Positions 1 to 13,900 of a DNA stretch of 64,000 nt are shown here, one piece after another. A program made the position numbers and the translations under genes. Position 1 is the stretch's first letter. Every line of letters begins with the position of its first letter. This stretch comes from Amoebophrya sp. A120 (taxonomy: Eukaryota; Protista; Dinoflagellata), in the NCBI GenBank assembly GCA_905178155.1, contig CAJINV010000013.1, positions 734,344-798,343 of the forward strand, in the 5' to 3' direction. The notes under the pieces are model-generated. The model ran no database searches and was not told the origin of the DNA. It worked only from the letters and a program-made list of their open reading frames with translations.

Positions 1-120
1 GAGTTGCATTTGTTTGTACGTCTACGTTTTGAATTGTCCGGCAACAGTGACTGTGACATGCATGGATACAAGTACTGATTTCAATATATGACTTCTTGTT
101 CTGGAAATCCAAGTCAGAAT

Positions 121-407
121 ACACACACACACACACGCACACACGCACACACGCACACACGCACACACGCACACACGCACACACGCACACACGCACACAC
201 GCACACACGCACACACGCACACACGCACACACGCACACACGCACACACGCACACACGCACACACGCACACACGCACACACGCACACACGCACGCACGCAC
301 ACACGCACACACGCACACACGCACACACGCACACACGCACACACGCGCACACGCGCACACACACGCACACACGCGCACACGCGCACACACACGCACACAC
401 GCACACA

Positions 408-502
<95 letters not shown>
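121..502. repeat. Compound microsatellite (CA)n / (CACACACG)n / (CACG)n
   Basis: Directly visible; it explains the four spurious ORFs at 22-525. Confidence 0.98.
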
Positions 503-550
503 CTAAACCCTAAACCCAAACCCAAAACCCAAACCCAAACCCTACCCTAG
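502..550 (+). repeat. Degenerate telomere-like repeats (CCCTAAA/CCCAAA; TTTAGGG type on the - strand)
   Basis: cctaaaccctaaacccaaacccaaaacccaaacccaaaccctacccta; only about 2 units are canonical. Confidence 0.65.
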
Positions 551-3399
551 ATCTCTTACTTTTTGAATTTCAATTTTCGCGATCGGGTCACAGGCGTTTG
601 CTTACTGGTATTAATTACCGAACAGGTGGTTTCACTTTCAACTTAAGCAAGACAATCTCAAGATGAGTACTAATTATGTTTTCCAAATACAGATGATGAA
701 GTGATCAGATGTGCGCATTTTTGCGCAAAATTCTGATTTACCATCGATCGATAGACAGGTTTTAAAAAATCCAATTTTTCTGAGATCTTAGCCAAAGTAG
801 CTATAGATTGACACTAGGTTTTTTTGTTCGACTTTCGCTAAAAACACGTTAGAAGAAGGAAAACCCAACCGACGGATTCATTGCCACGTATCCGCAGTAG
901 CAAACAAACAGCCAAACAAGTCTGGAAAGGCAATAGGTGCAAGAAGATGACGAAGTGAAGGCGTCTTGATTCACCACGTACTCCCGGATCGCCACGAATC
1001 CAAAACGAGTTACAAGAAACAACCAGACAAGTAGCTTTCTGCTTCAATACAAAGCAAAACTATATCAAAATTATACTTCCAAAACAAAATCAGTGTCTAC
1101 TCTACAACCTCTATGTCTTTTCAAGCGAGCTTATGAACTGTTTGTACTACATCAGTTCCTTTTTTCGCAAGCTTTTCAATACAAAAAAAAAGATAAATTG
1201 AAGAGTGTGTAGGTCTTCGTCTTGTGGTGAGATATAAAAACTTCTGGGATAAAGCTTGCGCAAGTCAGTGGCCACCGGGCGCGGGTTTAGTCGCGAGAGT
1301 TAGATTACCATTACCAGTCTTCCACTTCTCATGATCATATAAGGCTGGCGCACGTGCATTGTAGTGCGAGTGAGTGAATGCACGTTGAGAAAATCATGTG
1401 GGTAATGGTATTGTAATATGACATTTGTGTGATTGTGAGATGACGATAAGCGGAGTTATTAAGATAAACGCAAAGCGAATATAATTTCGCAACTACCCTT
1501 GTTTGTGGCCCTAAGAAAAGTACAACTCTGGCGAGTTTCTATGTTAATGGAGTGTTCTTTCGTTTGGAGATCATGATCATCTGTGTGCGTCTTCCGCACG
1601 AGGACGAGCGAGCCGAGAAGTTTTCAAGTTCAACAGATAGAGATATGCTTTGCATTCTAGGATTTCCTAACAATATGCGACCACAGGCTTTCTTCTGTGT
1701 TGTAGTTGTATCGCTCATGATAATGATTTTAAGAAGCGCACGCTCGCGTCGCTCAGTTTCTTGAGCAGAGGATCCCTGTTGTGTTTCTGTGCCCTTCTTT
1801 AGACAGGGGCAGCACCAGTAGCACCCGATAAGCCGGATGCCGGAGCGCAATCATAATTGATTTTATTAGGTAAAATTAATAACTAACAGGGATATTATCA
1901 CACCAGCAAAAAAAAACAAATTGTTCTTTTTTGTTGTGATGTGTTGGAGCTGCAGCTGTGCAGCGGTTTAAGAAGACTGGGAAGAACGAAGCAGCGCCAT
2001 AAGATGAATGAAACTGTTGAAAGAATACCCTCACACGAAGAGAAAATGATCCTCGCTTTCGTTATTTACTTGTAACCGTGAAAAAAATAAAAAGCGTAAG
2101 CGTAAGCGAAAAGAATGAATGTGATTCCATGATGCAGCCGTCAGCCACAAGCACAATCGCCATCATCTGTGATAGCGCAGAAGTTTGCACAAGAAGCTAG
2201 ATCATTTAGGAAGCGAAAGCGCTACATGGCAATTTCTATCTCGACAAAACTTGTGCCCACGTCGCATTTTCTTTGTCCCATCTCTCTCGCTCAAAGCGAC
2301 GACCGCTACTTCCACTTCGAGATGAACGGAAACGTTACAACTTAGCAGTTCCTTCGATCAAAGCATCTCGTCGTGTTTTTTGCTACGCAGTCCTGAAGAT
2401 AGATAAAGTAGAAGCTCAAGCACGATATAATTGAACAGTTGGAGTTCTCAGTGTCGGTTGTGCATGGATGTGCCCCACAACCGCGAGAACATGGCAAATG
2501 AAATATTTGGTGGAGAAAATATTTGTAAACGAATATTTATTTCTATCATATTTCTGACGTAAAACAGCAATACTCGGCCGGGGTCAAAGTGCAGTCGGGT
2601 CCTTCTTTTTCATGGCTCACAAAGATAGGCTGAGATGATTGAGGAAAGGGTAGAGGATAAAATTTTTCTGACTAGTGTGTACAACTATAGACTCAGAGGG
2701 TTTTTATTTGATATTGTGACCATAGTGATCCACTACGATACTGGTTAGTACTTGACCAAGCAGGTTGAGATTGGCTGTAGTAGTAAAATAGAACGCACAC
2801 TGCTTCGTACTCGAGACAGCTCGTCTGTAACGAACAAGATGGAAACAGAGGAGGACAGCGCGATTGATTTGATCAATGCAATCCAATGCGACCTGGGCGA
2901 ATTATATCCGCGACAGCATCCGGTTTGATTGAAGGCTGGCCCATACGACGTTTGCCATTCATGATATTGAAATGATATTAACATTGCCTGCAACGTCTTA
3001 TACATTTTCCAGAAAAAGAAATGACAGACTGATGAAAGCACGTGAAAAATTTCAATGTCATGGTGCATTGTGGAGAAACTGAAAGGGATGGAGAAATAAG
3101 TAAAAATCTCTGCGTCCTGGGATCAGGATCTATTTATGGACAGGGATATACTTGTTGCGGTTAAACGAAGACGAGAAACGCGTATAAAACGCTATACACG
3201 ACTGAGGAGGCGGAAGCCACTCAACGAGTCCGTGATCAAGAGTACGGCGATCTCGTCGCTCCACCTCTGGTCTCTTTGCAACAGCTCTACATTCATTTTT
3301 CTGGAACAAGAACTGTTCCGGATGATCATATTCTTTCAGTCCCATCAGCAGGAGGGCCAGAGCTAGCAGAGGAAAGCGAAAGGGAAAGCATGATTTACT

Positions 3400-6300
3400 G
3401 TGCATGACAGACAAAGACAAACGTCTTGTGACGGGCTGGCTTCTTCAAAACTGCTTTCGTATGATACCAATACCCCGTGCAGCGCAGCCAATGACTTGCT
3501 GCTCTCGCCATTTGGAGCTGAGGACCTGTTGGAGGGCTTATTCAACAGCAAACAAAAAAAGTTCGTCTTGTGTGTATCAATGCGCGAACTTTGCATCGGT
3601 ACTTTCGTATCGCAATGAGTTTCGGAATCTGACTGTCATGCTGAAGGAAGGCACACGCACATCAGCCTTGGGAAGAAAAAAGGCGAGACCTGCTCTCCAA
3701 GAATCATCGAATGACGTAAGACAACTTGTTTGAGGCGGCACTTCCCACCCTGCTTCAGATGTAGCTGCACATAGTGATCTATACGCGCAGCGTGAGCAAG
3801 TGTAGAAGTTGGAACAGCTTCACAACTACATGTACATCAGAATGCATGTTGACAACATGCACATGCTCACGACGAACTGTTTTGCATTCGGATATCAAAA
3901 CAAGGAAAACCGTAGCGACGCGGTCACCATAGGAGCACCTTCCGGTTTTATCCAAAAAAAAAATATTATGTGTTACTGCAACTTTTTTGGTGCATTTTAG
4001 CACGACAGTAAAATCTTCATGTTTTCATGCGCAGATAGTTTTTCGTGAAGGTGAAAATGCTAGACTGCATGGCCTCCAGCATAACAGACGGAATCAAACC
4101 CTTCTGTTCTTGTGTGTTTCGCAACACATTATGCTTACATGACCAGTAGCACATTTTTTTTCTCCCATAGGTTCGTCGTTGTCGCTGCTCAACAGCAGCT
4201 CTTGCGCAAATGTCACCTCCAGCAAGGGCTTTTTGGCCACCTCCAAGGGCGGTCCGACAACGTGTACAACGTCTAGTACAACATCCGGGACAACTGCGGC
4301 GATGTACGCACGCCCGTCCTCCAAAGCCGCGGGGAAAATGCTCGTCGCACAGCAACAGGACCTCCACTCCTCGGCGGGGAAGCTCCTGCTGCAAGGTGGT
4401 GGTCCTCCGCAAGGAGCAGGAGGTTTTACTTCGCTCATACCGGCTTGCTCGAAATCGAAAGCTGCGCCCTTTCCTGCGACGACAGCGAAGTCTTGCTATC
4501 CAGTCGTGCAACTACAGGATTTTTACTATCATTTCGGTGCAGTTTGTTCGGGCGGTCAGGAAGAAGCGGAAGATAAACATAAAGATTACCTTAGTCAGTC
4601 TTTGCATGGTCGTGTGCTGGAAGATAGCGTATTTTGAAGCCTTGTGCGTCCGCCAGGATCAGGAACGCCACCTCCCCATAATCACAGGACATGCAGATTC
4701 TTGATTTTTTACGGCATAGACCTCCAGCCTTTGGCACGACGCACTGCACGGGAGCGGCCGGGCAACTTTTAGGCAACCTCAGAAGTGCAATTTTAGATTT
4801 AGACTTCGGGAGGTGCCAATGTTACGTACCGCATTGCTGGAGGGAGTTGGTTGTCAAAACCAAAGCCCGACGAGACTAGCAGATGTGCGAGAACTACGAC
4901 GACCGCAGGAACAACGAAATAAACCGACATGATTGCACCTGTATTTTTTGCACACTGTGATACGCTTGCGGGTGGTGGAGCCGCGTCCGCTGCACTGGGT
5001 GGCGGCTCATCGATTTCTGGTGCTTGTTCTTTCGCGAACGCCAACAGTGCTGCGCAGTCTAAGGCGGCCTCACTGGCGCTCGGGATGAAGGGAGCCGACA
5101 TCACGACAGCTGGCGCAGGCAGTGGCGCACCTCCCGCTCTGTTGCCGTTGCCACCAGCTGTAGGGGCGGGTGGAACAAATAAAAATAATGCAGCAAACGG
5201 CCTGGTGTCATCTACATCCACTTCGATTTCGCGAACAGCCGGACCATCATCTACGTATGGCGTTCTGAAGAAGCCGACGGCTTTTCTACCTTCAACGGCG
5301 GACCTGGTGGTGCGGGACACGACCGCATCGTCGCAGATGGTCGGCGGTCCGAATGGAGGCGCAGGGATGATTAGGCCGAAGGCATCTTCCGCTGCCGCGG
5401 GTGCAGCCAATACAGCGCCAGGTGCTCCTGTGGTCGGGCGAAATCTTGCTGCGGGCACAACAGGTTATACCCTCTTGCAAAACGCGCCTGGTGCTCCAGC
5501 AGTTGGCGCCGGTTCTGCCACAGGTAGTGGCCCACTTTCCGCACCACATGGTGCTGCAGTGGGAGGTATTGTAGATGGGGGAGTACAACTTGGAGGAGGG
5601 CTGTCATCGAATTCCGTTGGTGGTGCGACTAGGACTGGTAATAACATCATGTCTGCGGCTACATCAAGTTTCGGGGGTCCGCTTTCCAGTAGCAGCATCG
5701 CGAGTGCGGCCGCAGCGGCGGGTCTGGTGGTGAAAAACACGACATCGACGGCACAACAGTTGGCGCAGCAAGCAGGAGCAGCGAGTGCGGTAGTTCATCC
5801 CGGCGGTAGCAAGACCATTTTGAATCCTAGCGCCGGGGGCGCGTTCGTCCATCCGGGCGGCAGCTCAGGCGCACCAGCGGGGGCGGGCCCGGCTAGTAGT
5901 GGGCCGACTAGTTGTACAGGAGCTGCAATTTCCTCCACCGCGACAACGACAGCTACAACTTCTAACCCGCAGCCTCCTTTGCTGGTAAAGTCCAAGACGA
6001 AGATGCGCATCCCCACCAAACAAAGCCAGCCAGCCGCTATGAGTGCCGGCGCTTCTTCATCTCTGGCCGTAGCAGGAGCCGGACATGATGGCGCTTGCAA
6101 TACATCATCAAGTAGCATGCAATTGCGAGGTGGTGGAACACAGTCGGCCATAGTTGGCGGGGCTGCACCGACGACTACACTTCCTGTGGACGATTCGCCT
6201 TCAGAAGGCCCGCCAGCTGGCAGTTTCCAGCCAAAGCGCGTGACCATTATGAGCCGGAAAAAACCTGCTCTGCAGCAGCCGATCGGAGGCGGAGGTACAG

Positions 6301-6560
6301 GAAATATTGCGGGGATCCCGAATAAAAGCCATTTAGCACCAAGTACCGGGACGACGATGTTGAATAGCAGCACTTCGCAGCCACAGGTGATCAAGCTGCC
6401 ACCAACAATCCTCGGCTTGGAAGACGAAATTCCTGCGGCCGCGAGATCGACGTTCCTTGAAGGCGGGGCTGCGGCACTGCAGATGCGTATGGCACAGAAA
6501 AACACAAACGAGTTCTTGTCTTTGCTACAATTCGTCATGCTCATCCTCATGTGTGTGTAA
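3400..6560 (+). CDS. Multi-exon Gly/Ala/Ser-rich hypothetical protein; ends uncertain, may continue into the 7909-17889 model
   Basis: ORF pieces 3400 (frame 1), 3809 (frame 2), 4179 and 4929 (frame 0) join in frame when the inserts at 3539, 3949 and 4497 are each removed with 5 extra nt (…GAPSG|SSLSLLNSSS…). Confidence 0.6.
3539..3894. mobile_element. Degenerate TAT..ATA introner; DR no longer recognisable
   Basis: Ends tattcaacagcaaacaaaaaaagttcgtc and gacgaactgttttgcattcggata form an imperfect IR; removing 356+5=361 nt joins frame 1 to frame 2. Confidence 0.5.
3949..4169. mobile_element. TAT..ATA introner, DR ggttt/ggttc
   Basis: IR tatccaaaaaaaaaatattatgtgttactg / cagtagcacattttttttctcccata; removing 226 nt restores the frame. 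Confidence 0.75.
4497..4962. mobile_element. Degenerate TAT..ATA introner (466 nt)
   Basis: IR tatccagtcgtgcaactacagg / cctgtattttttgcacactgtgata; removing 471 nt keeps frame 0; the DR is decayed (cttgc vs cgctt). Confidence 0.65.
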
Positions 6561-7908
6561 GAAGAAATTTGATGAAGGATGGCTTGCAAATACTTATTGT
6601 CGTGCGGATGTGTATTTTTGCTCATGCGAACCGCTCCTCGTCGGCATTTACTTCCGGGGGATTGATATCGGAGTTTCATCTCCTGTAGTGTCTGCAAAAG
6701 ATCAATCCGTAATCATCACATTCACACGTAAAGCCGAGCACTTTGACTGTCTGACTGTGACGATGCGAGTTATGATTCTGAAACGAATGCAGACTACGAT
6801 TGTAGTGACAGGGACAGATGAGCACACAGCACTCAAGCTGCAGACTACCTGGAATTCCCTTCCGGCTGATGGTACTACTGCCAGCGGAACTGTGTTTGGC
6901 ACTTGCATACGCGAAGCGGCGGCTGCTGCAACCGGAGCGAATGCGTCCAACCCAGGTGTAGAGGAGGCTATGACCAGCAAGAAACCAGACCAGTAGTAAA
7001 CTCAACACGTCGATAGTTCAGGATTTGGTTCTAGAGGAGATTTTATTATTTTCAAGTTGTACTGGCAGGGTGCATGCGGGCAAGCGATCCAATCGCAGTC
7101 AGAAGCATGAGCGTGAATTTATTCACGTGTTGCCAGTTCATGAAGCAACAAGCAGCCTGCCAGAATTCGCTTCGTTCTTGTTTATGGTGCTACTGTGTGC
7201 GAGAAACGCTGCTCCAAAAAAGGAGCTACGGTCGTTGCGTAGACTTCTGGAGGTATAACTTGGTGTGTGAGGACATGAGAATGGGCGCCCTTGGATGAAG
7301 CTATACAAAAAACTGCACGCATCCTGTACATACGACAACGACGTGTTGTGATTACTTACTAGCGGTTTTGCTAGGATGCCCACCGATGATATCCAAGGAA
7401 AAAGCTGCGCACTAGGGTTGTTACTGTGACTTCATTCTTGGAAAACTGACAGCATGACCAATACAAATACTTGGTTTTTTCTATGTATGTTGAAACGCAC
7501 CAAAGTTGGTTTTGTAGTGGACAAATTCCCAGTCTAACGAGCTATCTTCACGCTCATGGTTGTCCTCTCGCAAGACGAGTGTAAACTGTTCTGCGCGGCG
7601 TGCAGCAGGAATAGCGAACAAATCTTCACATGATTGAAGTTAAACACAAACTTTTTTCTCCCGGATAGACGACCTAGACGACGAGTTCGATGACGACGAT
7701 GATTTGGACGATTTCGGTATCATATTGTTCTAGTGCCTTTGCAACTTCTAACTTCTTGCCTTGTGCTGCGCCATCTTTGTATGTACTTACCATTAGCGAC
7801 AGCAGGAATGAATGCGTATGTGAATGAGAACGAAAATGGAAAATAGAAATCAAAGAAATTCCTCAAATTCCATCACATCACGACCCAGATTCCTACATTC
7901 CCCCTGGT

Positions 7909-10900
7909 GTGTTGGAGATGCAGCAAGCGGGTATTTCGACTGCGGTCTCACACGGTTCGTCTTCCGCAGCCTCCGCGTGTTCGGAGCTTCTGCAGACCGG
8001 TAGCTGCACGGCTGCCGGTGGCGCAAGTGGAGGCTCGTCGTCTCATCTGGGCGGCGGAATACCAAACGATGCGACAGACGCTTCGTCTGCTGCCGCGGCA
8101 ATTCTTTCATCCTCCGCCGCTGCAGAAGAAGCAGAGGGCTTACCGTCCTCCGGCGTGGGTACCGCTGTCCCGGCGAAGAATATTGGCACATCTAGTACAA
8201 CCCACACGGGAGGCAATAATCAGCATAATTTTGGTCGCGCTCCATTTCCTACTTCCGCCGCCGCAGGAGGCAATGCGCAAGCTCCTGGGCTGCAACATCA
8301 CCACCACCAGCAAGCTGGAGCTGGACCGCCGACGACACATTACACCATCACCCCGAGCGGCGAGTTGATTCAGACGGTCTCTCCTGGAGCGGGAGCTGCG
8401 CCGCATATGGCCTCGCCTCCGACAATGAATATTACTTCGCAGCCCGCAGGCACTGTACCTCCGGCGCACCAACGACTGCAGCAACACCAACAGCAGAATC
8501 CCGTCGGAGCCCCCGGAGGTGGAGCAGCAAGTGGTGGCACAGCCGGTGGACGACTCAACGAAGCCCAAGTTGTTCCCTATCAACACGGCACTTCTGGTAC
8601 GACTACGACTGCAGTTTCAGTTAATCAGCAGTTCGTATTACAGTGAAAAATGCCCCCACCGCCAAAGTTGCAAGAATTTGTGATGCGAAGTTTCCAAATG
8701 AAAACTTTTTGTCATGCATAAAAGGAGAAGTATGAGTCTTGTTTAGCTTTGTCTTTCTGATGCCGAGTCTAGGCGCAGTTCGCATCGCTTGCATGACAAG
8801 CGCCGCTGTTGCGGGGATCTTTTGCAATACAAATTTTTGCTATTCACGATTGGAGATCTGTGACGCTGATAGATGCAAGAGGGCGGGCGTTTCATTTGGA
8901 AAGGTTTGCAACACAAATGCTCCCAAGTTCGGGGGTGGGGGCATTTTTCATTGTAATAGTTCGCGCCAGCACGACCGGCCCCATCCTCGACGTCGACTTT
9001 CCCGACTTTTCAGGCCGGCTCTACACAGCAATCGCACAATGTAGTTTTCCCGCCGAACAACCATCAGCAACCGCAGCAGCAGCAGCTCCTGGTACACCAG
9101 CAGCAGCCTGCTATTGGTGGTGTTGGTACAACGAGTACGACCATCGCGGCAAACACTAACGTGGATCCAAATTCTACTTGTTCTATCATGAACAACACCA
9201 TTGTCAGCGACCGGCAGCAAGCTCAAGCTGCTGGGCAGCAGATCATGAAGGACATTGAGTCTTCGTCAGACTCTCTGTCGGACGTGGAGGAGATTTCCGC
9301 CCACGAGATGATGAACTCCGCTTCGGCATCCGCGGTCGTCGGGACTCTCCTCGGAATCACACCTGCTACAACTGCTGAAAGTGGTGTTGGTACGTCTAGC
9401 AGTACGGGTGGGCCAGCATCAACTGCCGCATCATCTGTTGGCGGGACGTTAAACAACGGAGGTTTGTCTGCAGCGGGTGGAACTACTGCCGCGGCTGGCA
9501 GCGCAACTTCTACCTCCAGCAATGGCGCTTGTTCATTGACCAACTCACTCCTCGCGAAAGCCGGAAGCATCACCTCTGCCGGGGCGGGTGGAGTAGCTGG
9601 TGGGGAGAATCAAGGTGGAAATCCAGGTGGGAATCTGCTTCCGGCGCCGCAGCCAGGCGGGGCTGCTGCTCCGCCGGGTGGACAACTAGCCATGCAGCAG
9701 CAGGCTGGAGGTGGGAAGATTTTTTTCTTTCTGGATCCGAGTGGTCGATAAATTTTTTGTGTAGATATCGTGCGCCAATAAGTAGACATTGATATAATCA
9801 CCCTGAAATGCAGGGATATAGTATGTAAGGAAGTATAAGTAATTGAACCATGAACAAAATGGAATTGACAGGTCCTGCCGCCAAGGGGTCACAGGTGTAT
9901 GGCTACTTCAATAATCACCAACAGCAGGGACAACAACCGCAGAATCCTCCGCCAGTTTCCGGTGGCGGAAAGCAGCCGCATCATACCCCGGGGCTAGGTT
10001 ACAAAGGTATACTGTACTTGTGGTGCTGGTGGCCAGACAAGGATGCAATTCATGATGTACATGAGTTTCAGTTGGTTGAAGGTACAAAAACAAGAAAGTC
10101 AAATCTGAAGTTTGTGCTTTGTTCACCGAATTCGAAGAACGAGGACGGCCAGCAAGCTCTTCCCTGTCTGCCTTCATGATGCCTATCGAAAACTGTGTGT
10201 TATCCAACTTATTTTCTGAACTTTTTTTCTCACGACACGATCTAATCAACGCACAGCCACAAGACAAAGTTTTTGACCATAAAAATCGACACATCCACCA
10301 GGTGGCCCCGCAAATAACTCAAATCCCGGAGGCAAGTACGGGCCTTCTTACCACCTGATCCCGGGGATGAACGAGCACCAAGCGCAGTTTGGCGGAAAGC
10401 AACACGGTGGTGACCCAAATCAGCAGTACCTTGTTGGGCAACCGCCGGCGTGGCAGCATGGGGGGAAACAGATCGGCGGAAAGCCGATCGGCAACACTAA
10501 TAACCCGCATCAAATGGTTCTTAATATGACGGGCAGTCCGGAGCACTCTGGCGTTGGACATGCTGACACTCCGCAACAGTTGGGGCCCGGAGGGAGTGCC
10601 CAGAGTCCCAGCGAGCAGAGCACCTTCAATCCAAATGCACCCCCGGTTATCGATACCGCTGGGGGGGAGCAGCTGGGCCAGTAAGATTCTACATGATCAT
10701 CTTTCTCAATGAGGGAGCGAGGACTTCTTCTTGTGGCAGACTCGTCTTCAATTGAAGGCATGAGCACGAAAAATAGTAGCACCTAAATCTAATTCTTGTT
10801 CCTGCGACAAAACAGGTCCCACCACAACGCCACTGCACCCCACAACCCGCAGCAGCAGCAAGGACAAGGCGGAACACCGCCCAAGCCGAACAGTGCCGCA

Positions 10901-13900
10901 GCTCCACGTGGTCATCAGAAGCTGAAACGGGGAAAAGCAAGCGCTGCCGGCGGCAACCCAAACAGTGCCTTGGCTGGCACCGGAAACAACCGGCAAGACA
11001 AAGACGGGAGCAAGGGCGGGGACCAGAAGGGAAAGGCGGGAGGTGCTGGAGGACAGCAGCATGTGCACGGCCATGGTGCAGCACATGCGCAGGCGATTGC
11101 AGGTACACCCATAAGCAGTCTGCCATTTATGTTTATCATGTAACTTGCGGGCTCAGGTTGTTCGGTGGTCTAGCGAAGTTCAGATTTCCATTTCAGTTTC
11201 TAGGTCGACAAAAATATTTGATTTCGGCGATCTGCATCTGAAGTGCATCTCATCTTCATGCGCATCATGCAACCGCCGGAGCTTCTATTTCTACGACCAA
11301 GAACGTATTCCTTGAAGAAGTAGAAATTGCATAAATTACCTCAATTACATTTGAAGTTGATGTTGATGAAGTACACATGATACCTCGATCGTTGTTCATA
11401 CGTTTCATGCATTCGTGAATAGTACAACAGGCTATCACCCCGGTGCAGCTGCTTACCACCCGTACCACACCGCGCCGGGTGCAGCTGGCGGACCGCCACC
11501 CGGAGCGATGCACTACCATCCGCACGCACTTCCGCCGCACGCGTACCCCCACGGGGCGGCGACTTATTACAATCCGCACATGCTACCTCCCAACGCGGTG
11601 GTACCGGGCGCAGCCGGATACGCCTACCCGGGGAAGGGTGGACCGATGATGAGTCCGCCGGGCGGGCCGCAGTACTACCACCAGTATGGAGCACCGGCTG
11701 GTGGGGCCGTGCCCGGCGCGGCGGGCGGATACGTCGCGCAGAACAATCCACACGCAGGCTTGGTGCAGGGAGGAGGGGCTGGAGCAGCAGCACAGCCACC
11801 CGGCCAGGGGGGAGTCAAGGTCCAGAAAGTGCTTTTTCGTTGGATGCTGTGTTTTTCTTGAAAATATCATGCCTATGCGACAAGCTTTAGGTTGTTGGTC
11901 GTTGAGTACTTCATCGAGTGTTCTTACGTACCCCCTGCATCTTCATGTCATGAAGTGTAAATGTTAAAAGTTGAACACTGCTATGCAGGGCGCTGGCGGT
12001 TGGGCGGGCCGCACGGTGATGGGAGCTAATCCGTACGACCAACTACGGGCACAGTATGAAGGTGAAGTGAGTGATCTTGTTCTTGGGGGGTGGCGCTGCT
12101 AGCACCAAAGAAAAACGTCGATTGTAGTCATGCAACGATCCGGATTGGTCTACTTACCATGCAGTAAGTGACATTGTTGGACTTGATGTAGTTAATATAA
12201 TACGGGAAGCCGACCATGATCAAAAGCAAACTCAAAAATCGCTCCCGACCACACGAAGATAGAAGTCGAGTGGTTTTTCCTGTGTTTTTCGCAAGACATC
12301 CGCATGAAAACTGAGCGCGACAACTTTCTCTGGTAGCAGCAGACCTCATTCAAGAAAGACACCCGCTTCATCCCCTCTACACGCAGCAGCAGCTCCAGTA
12401 TGCAGCCCAGCAGCAGGTTTTTGAGGAGGCCGCGGAGCAGGAACGCCGGCGCGCGGAGAAGAGGGCGCGCAAGGAGGAGCGAAAACGGCTGAAAAAGAAA
12501 AAAAAGCTCGAAGAGCAAGAGTCGGAAGAGGAAGAGGCGAGCAAGGACAAAGAAATGGCAGCGACTGGGAGCACAGGGAGTAATGCTCCTGCGGGAGCGA
12601 CGAATTCCAAAAACGAGGACGAGACAGCAGCGGATGCTGACAATGATGACGACGAGCAGGAATTTATCACAAGCAAAACCAAGAAACAAGCTACAACATC
12701 AGCCCCATCGGGGACAAGCCACGTCACGACCACCGCGGACGAGCACCAAGTACTGGAGCTGCCAGCAGGAGGAGCTAAAAATTTGTTGGCTGGTGCAGAT
12801 CATGAAACGACGACGAGAGCTGGTGAAGAAATCGGAAAGGACACCACGTACAAGCCGTCTAAAGAAAAACACCCGGCTGCTGGGCATGTGCAAGATGGCA
12901 AGAAGAAAAGCAAAGAAGTTGTAAGAACCTCACACGAGGACGACCCTAGTGCAACTCGAGGTCGAGAGATGACCACTGAGCAAACCATTACCAAAACAAC
13001 AGGCGTGGAGGAGGAGGACGACGATGGAACAAGCGCCGACCAGGTGGAACAAAGTGCCGTGGATGAAGTTGAGAACAAAAATCACAGTTCTGGGAAGCAG
13101 CAGGGAACAAAGCAACCACAGCAACAAGCAGAATCACAATCTGAAGGGTCCTCGCTGGTTACAAGTACGAACCCGTCCTCCGCTGCTGCAGGAACTACAG
13201 AGCCGACTTGTTTCACCCAGCAACAAAAGTCAAAAAAGCATTCGTCGCGCCTTCCGCGTGCCGCGACTGAGCAAGAGGATCGCACTAAACTTCTTTCCAC
13301 AACATCTTCGGGAGGTGGTAACAATGGCATGGTACTAGATGTGGACGACGTGGAGCTCGAGATTGTCGAACAAAATCCCGCATCAGCACGGCAAAAGCAG
13401 AAGATTCTGGCAGGAGAAAAACTTTCGAACGACAAACAGGTGAAAAAGCGAGGGAGTAAAGACAGAAAAGCGAAGACTGATTATCAAAATGAAAAATCCC
13501 CCCTCCCCATACCGAAACGGCATGACTCCGAAAATTTGTGTTGCTGATTTGAGACCACAAATCACGCCTGTCTTGCAAGAAGACAAACGCAGAGGCTTCC
13601 GGGCCATTATGGAAGCGATTTGGCATGCTGTTGGGCCTAGGGGACAGCCGTCTGCAATGCTAAATAGCTAGACCCAAACGCCCCCACCTAGGCTGAGGAT
13701 CTCGCTGCGATGCCTTATTGCAAGACAGCGCGCATTTGTGTACGGAAATCCCGCATCAGAAACTTCGTCTCCATATGGGGAGGGGGTATTTTTCCTTGCA
13801 ATACTGATCTTGGCGGAACTGCGGCTGTTGCTGCTCCGAGCGAGGGTGAGGCAACAGCTGCTATACAAAACAAAAGGAAGGATGACGCTCGTGGTCCAAT

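Noticed and set aside
22-525. Four ORFs of 128-167 aa
   Set aside because: They are translations of the CA/CACG microsatellite.
2903-3150. Possible further degenerate introner (tatatcc…ggatata) after a candidate start METEEDSAIDL at 2839
   Set aside because: The IR is only about 7 nt, there is no DR, and the downstream frame needs an extra assumed micro-intron.
3130-4511. Apparent - strand gene from ORFs 4094-4438, 3363-3596 and 3130-3420
   Set aside because: The join of ORF 4094-4438 across the 3949 insert hits a stop, whereas the + strand frames join cleanly.
6489-7890. Possible introners starting tatggcacag (6489) or tatacaaaaaac (about 7302)
   Set aside because: I found no convincing partner IR or DR, and the exon structure here is unresolved.
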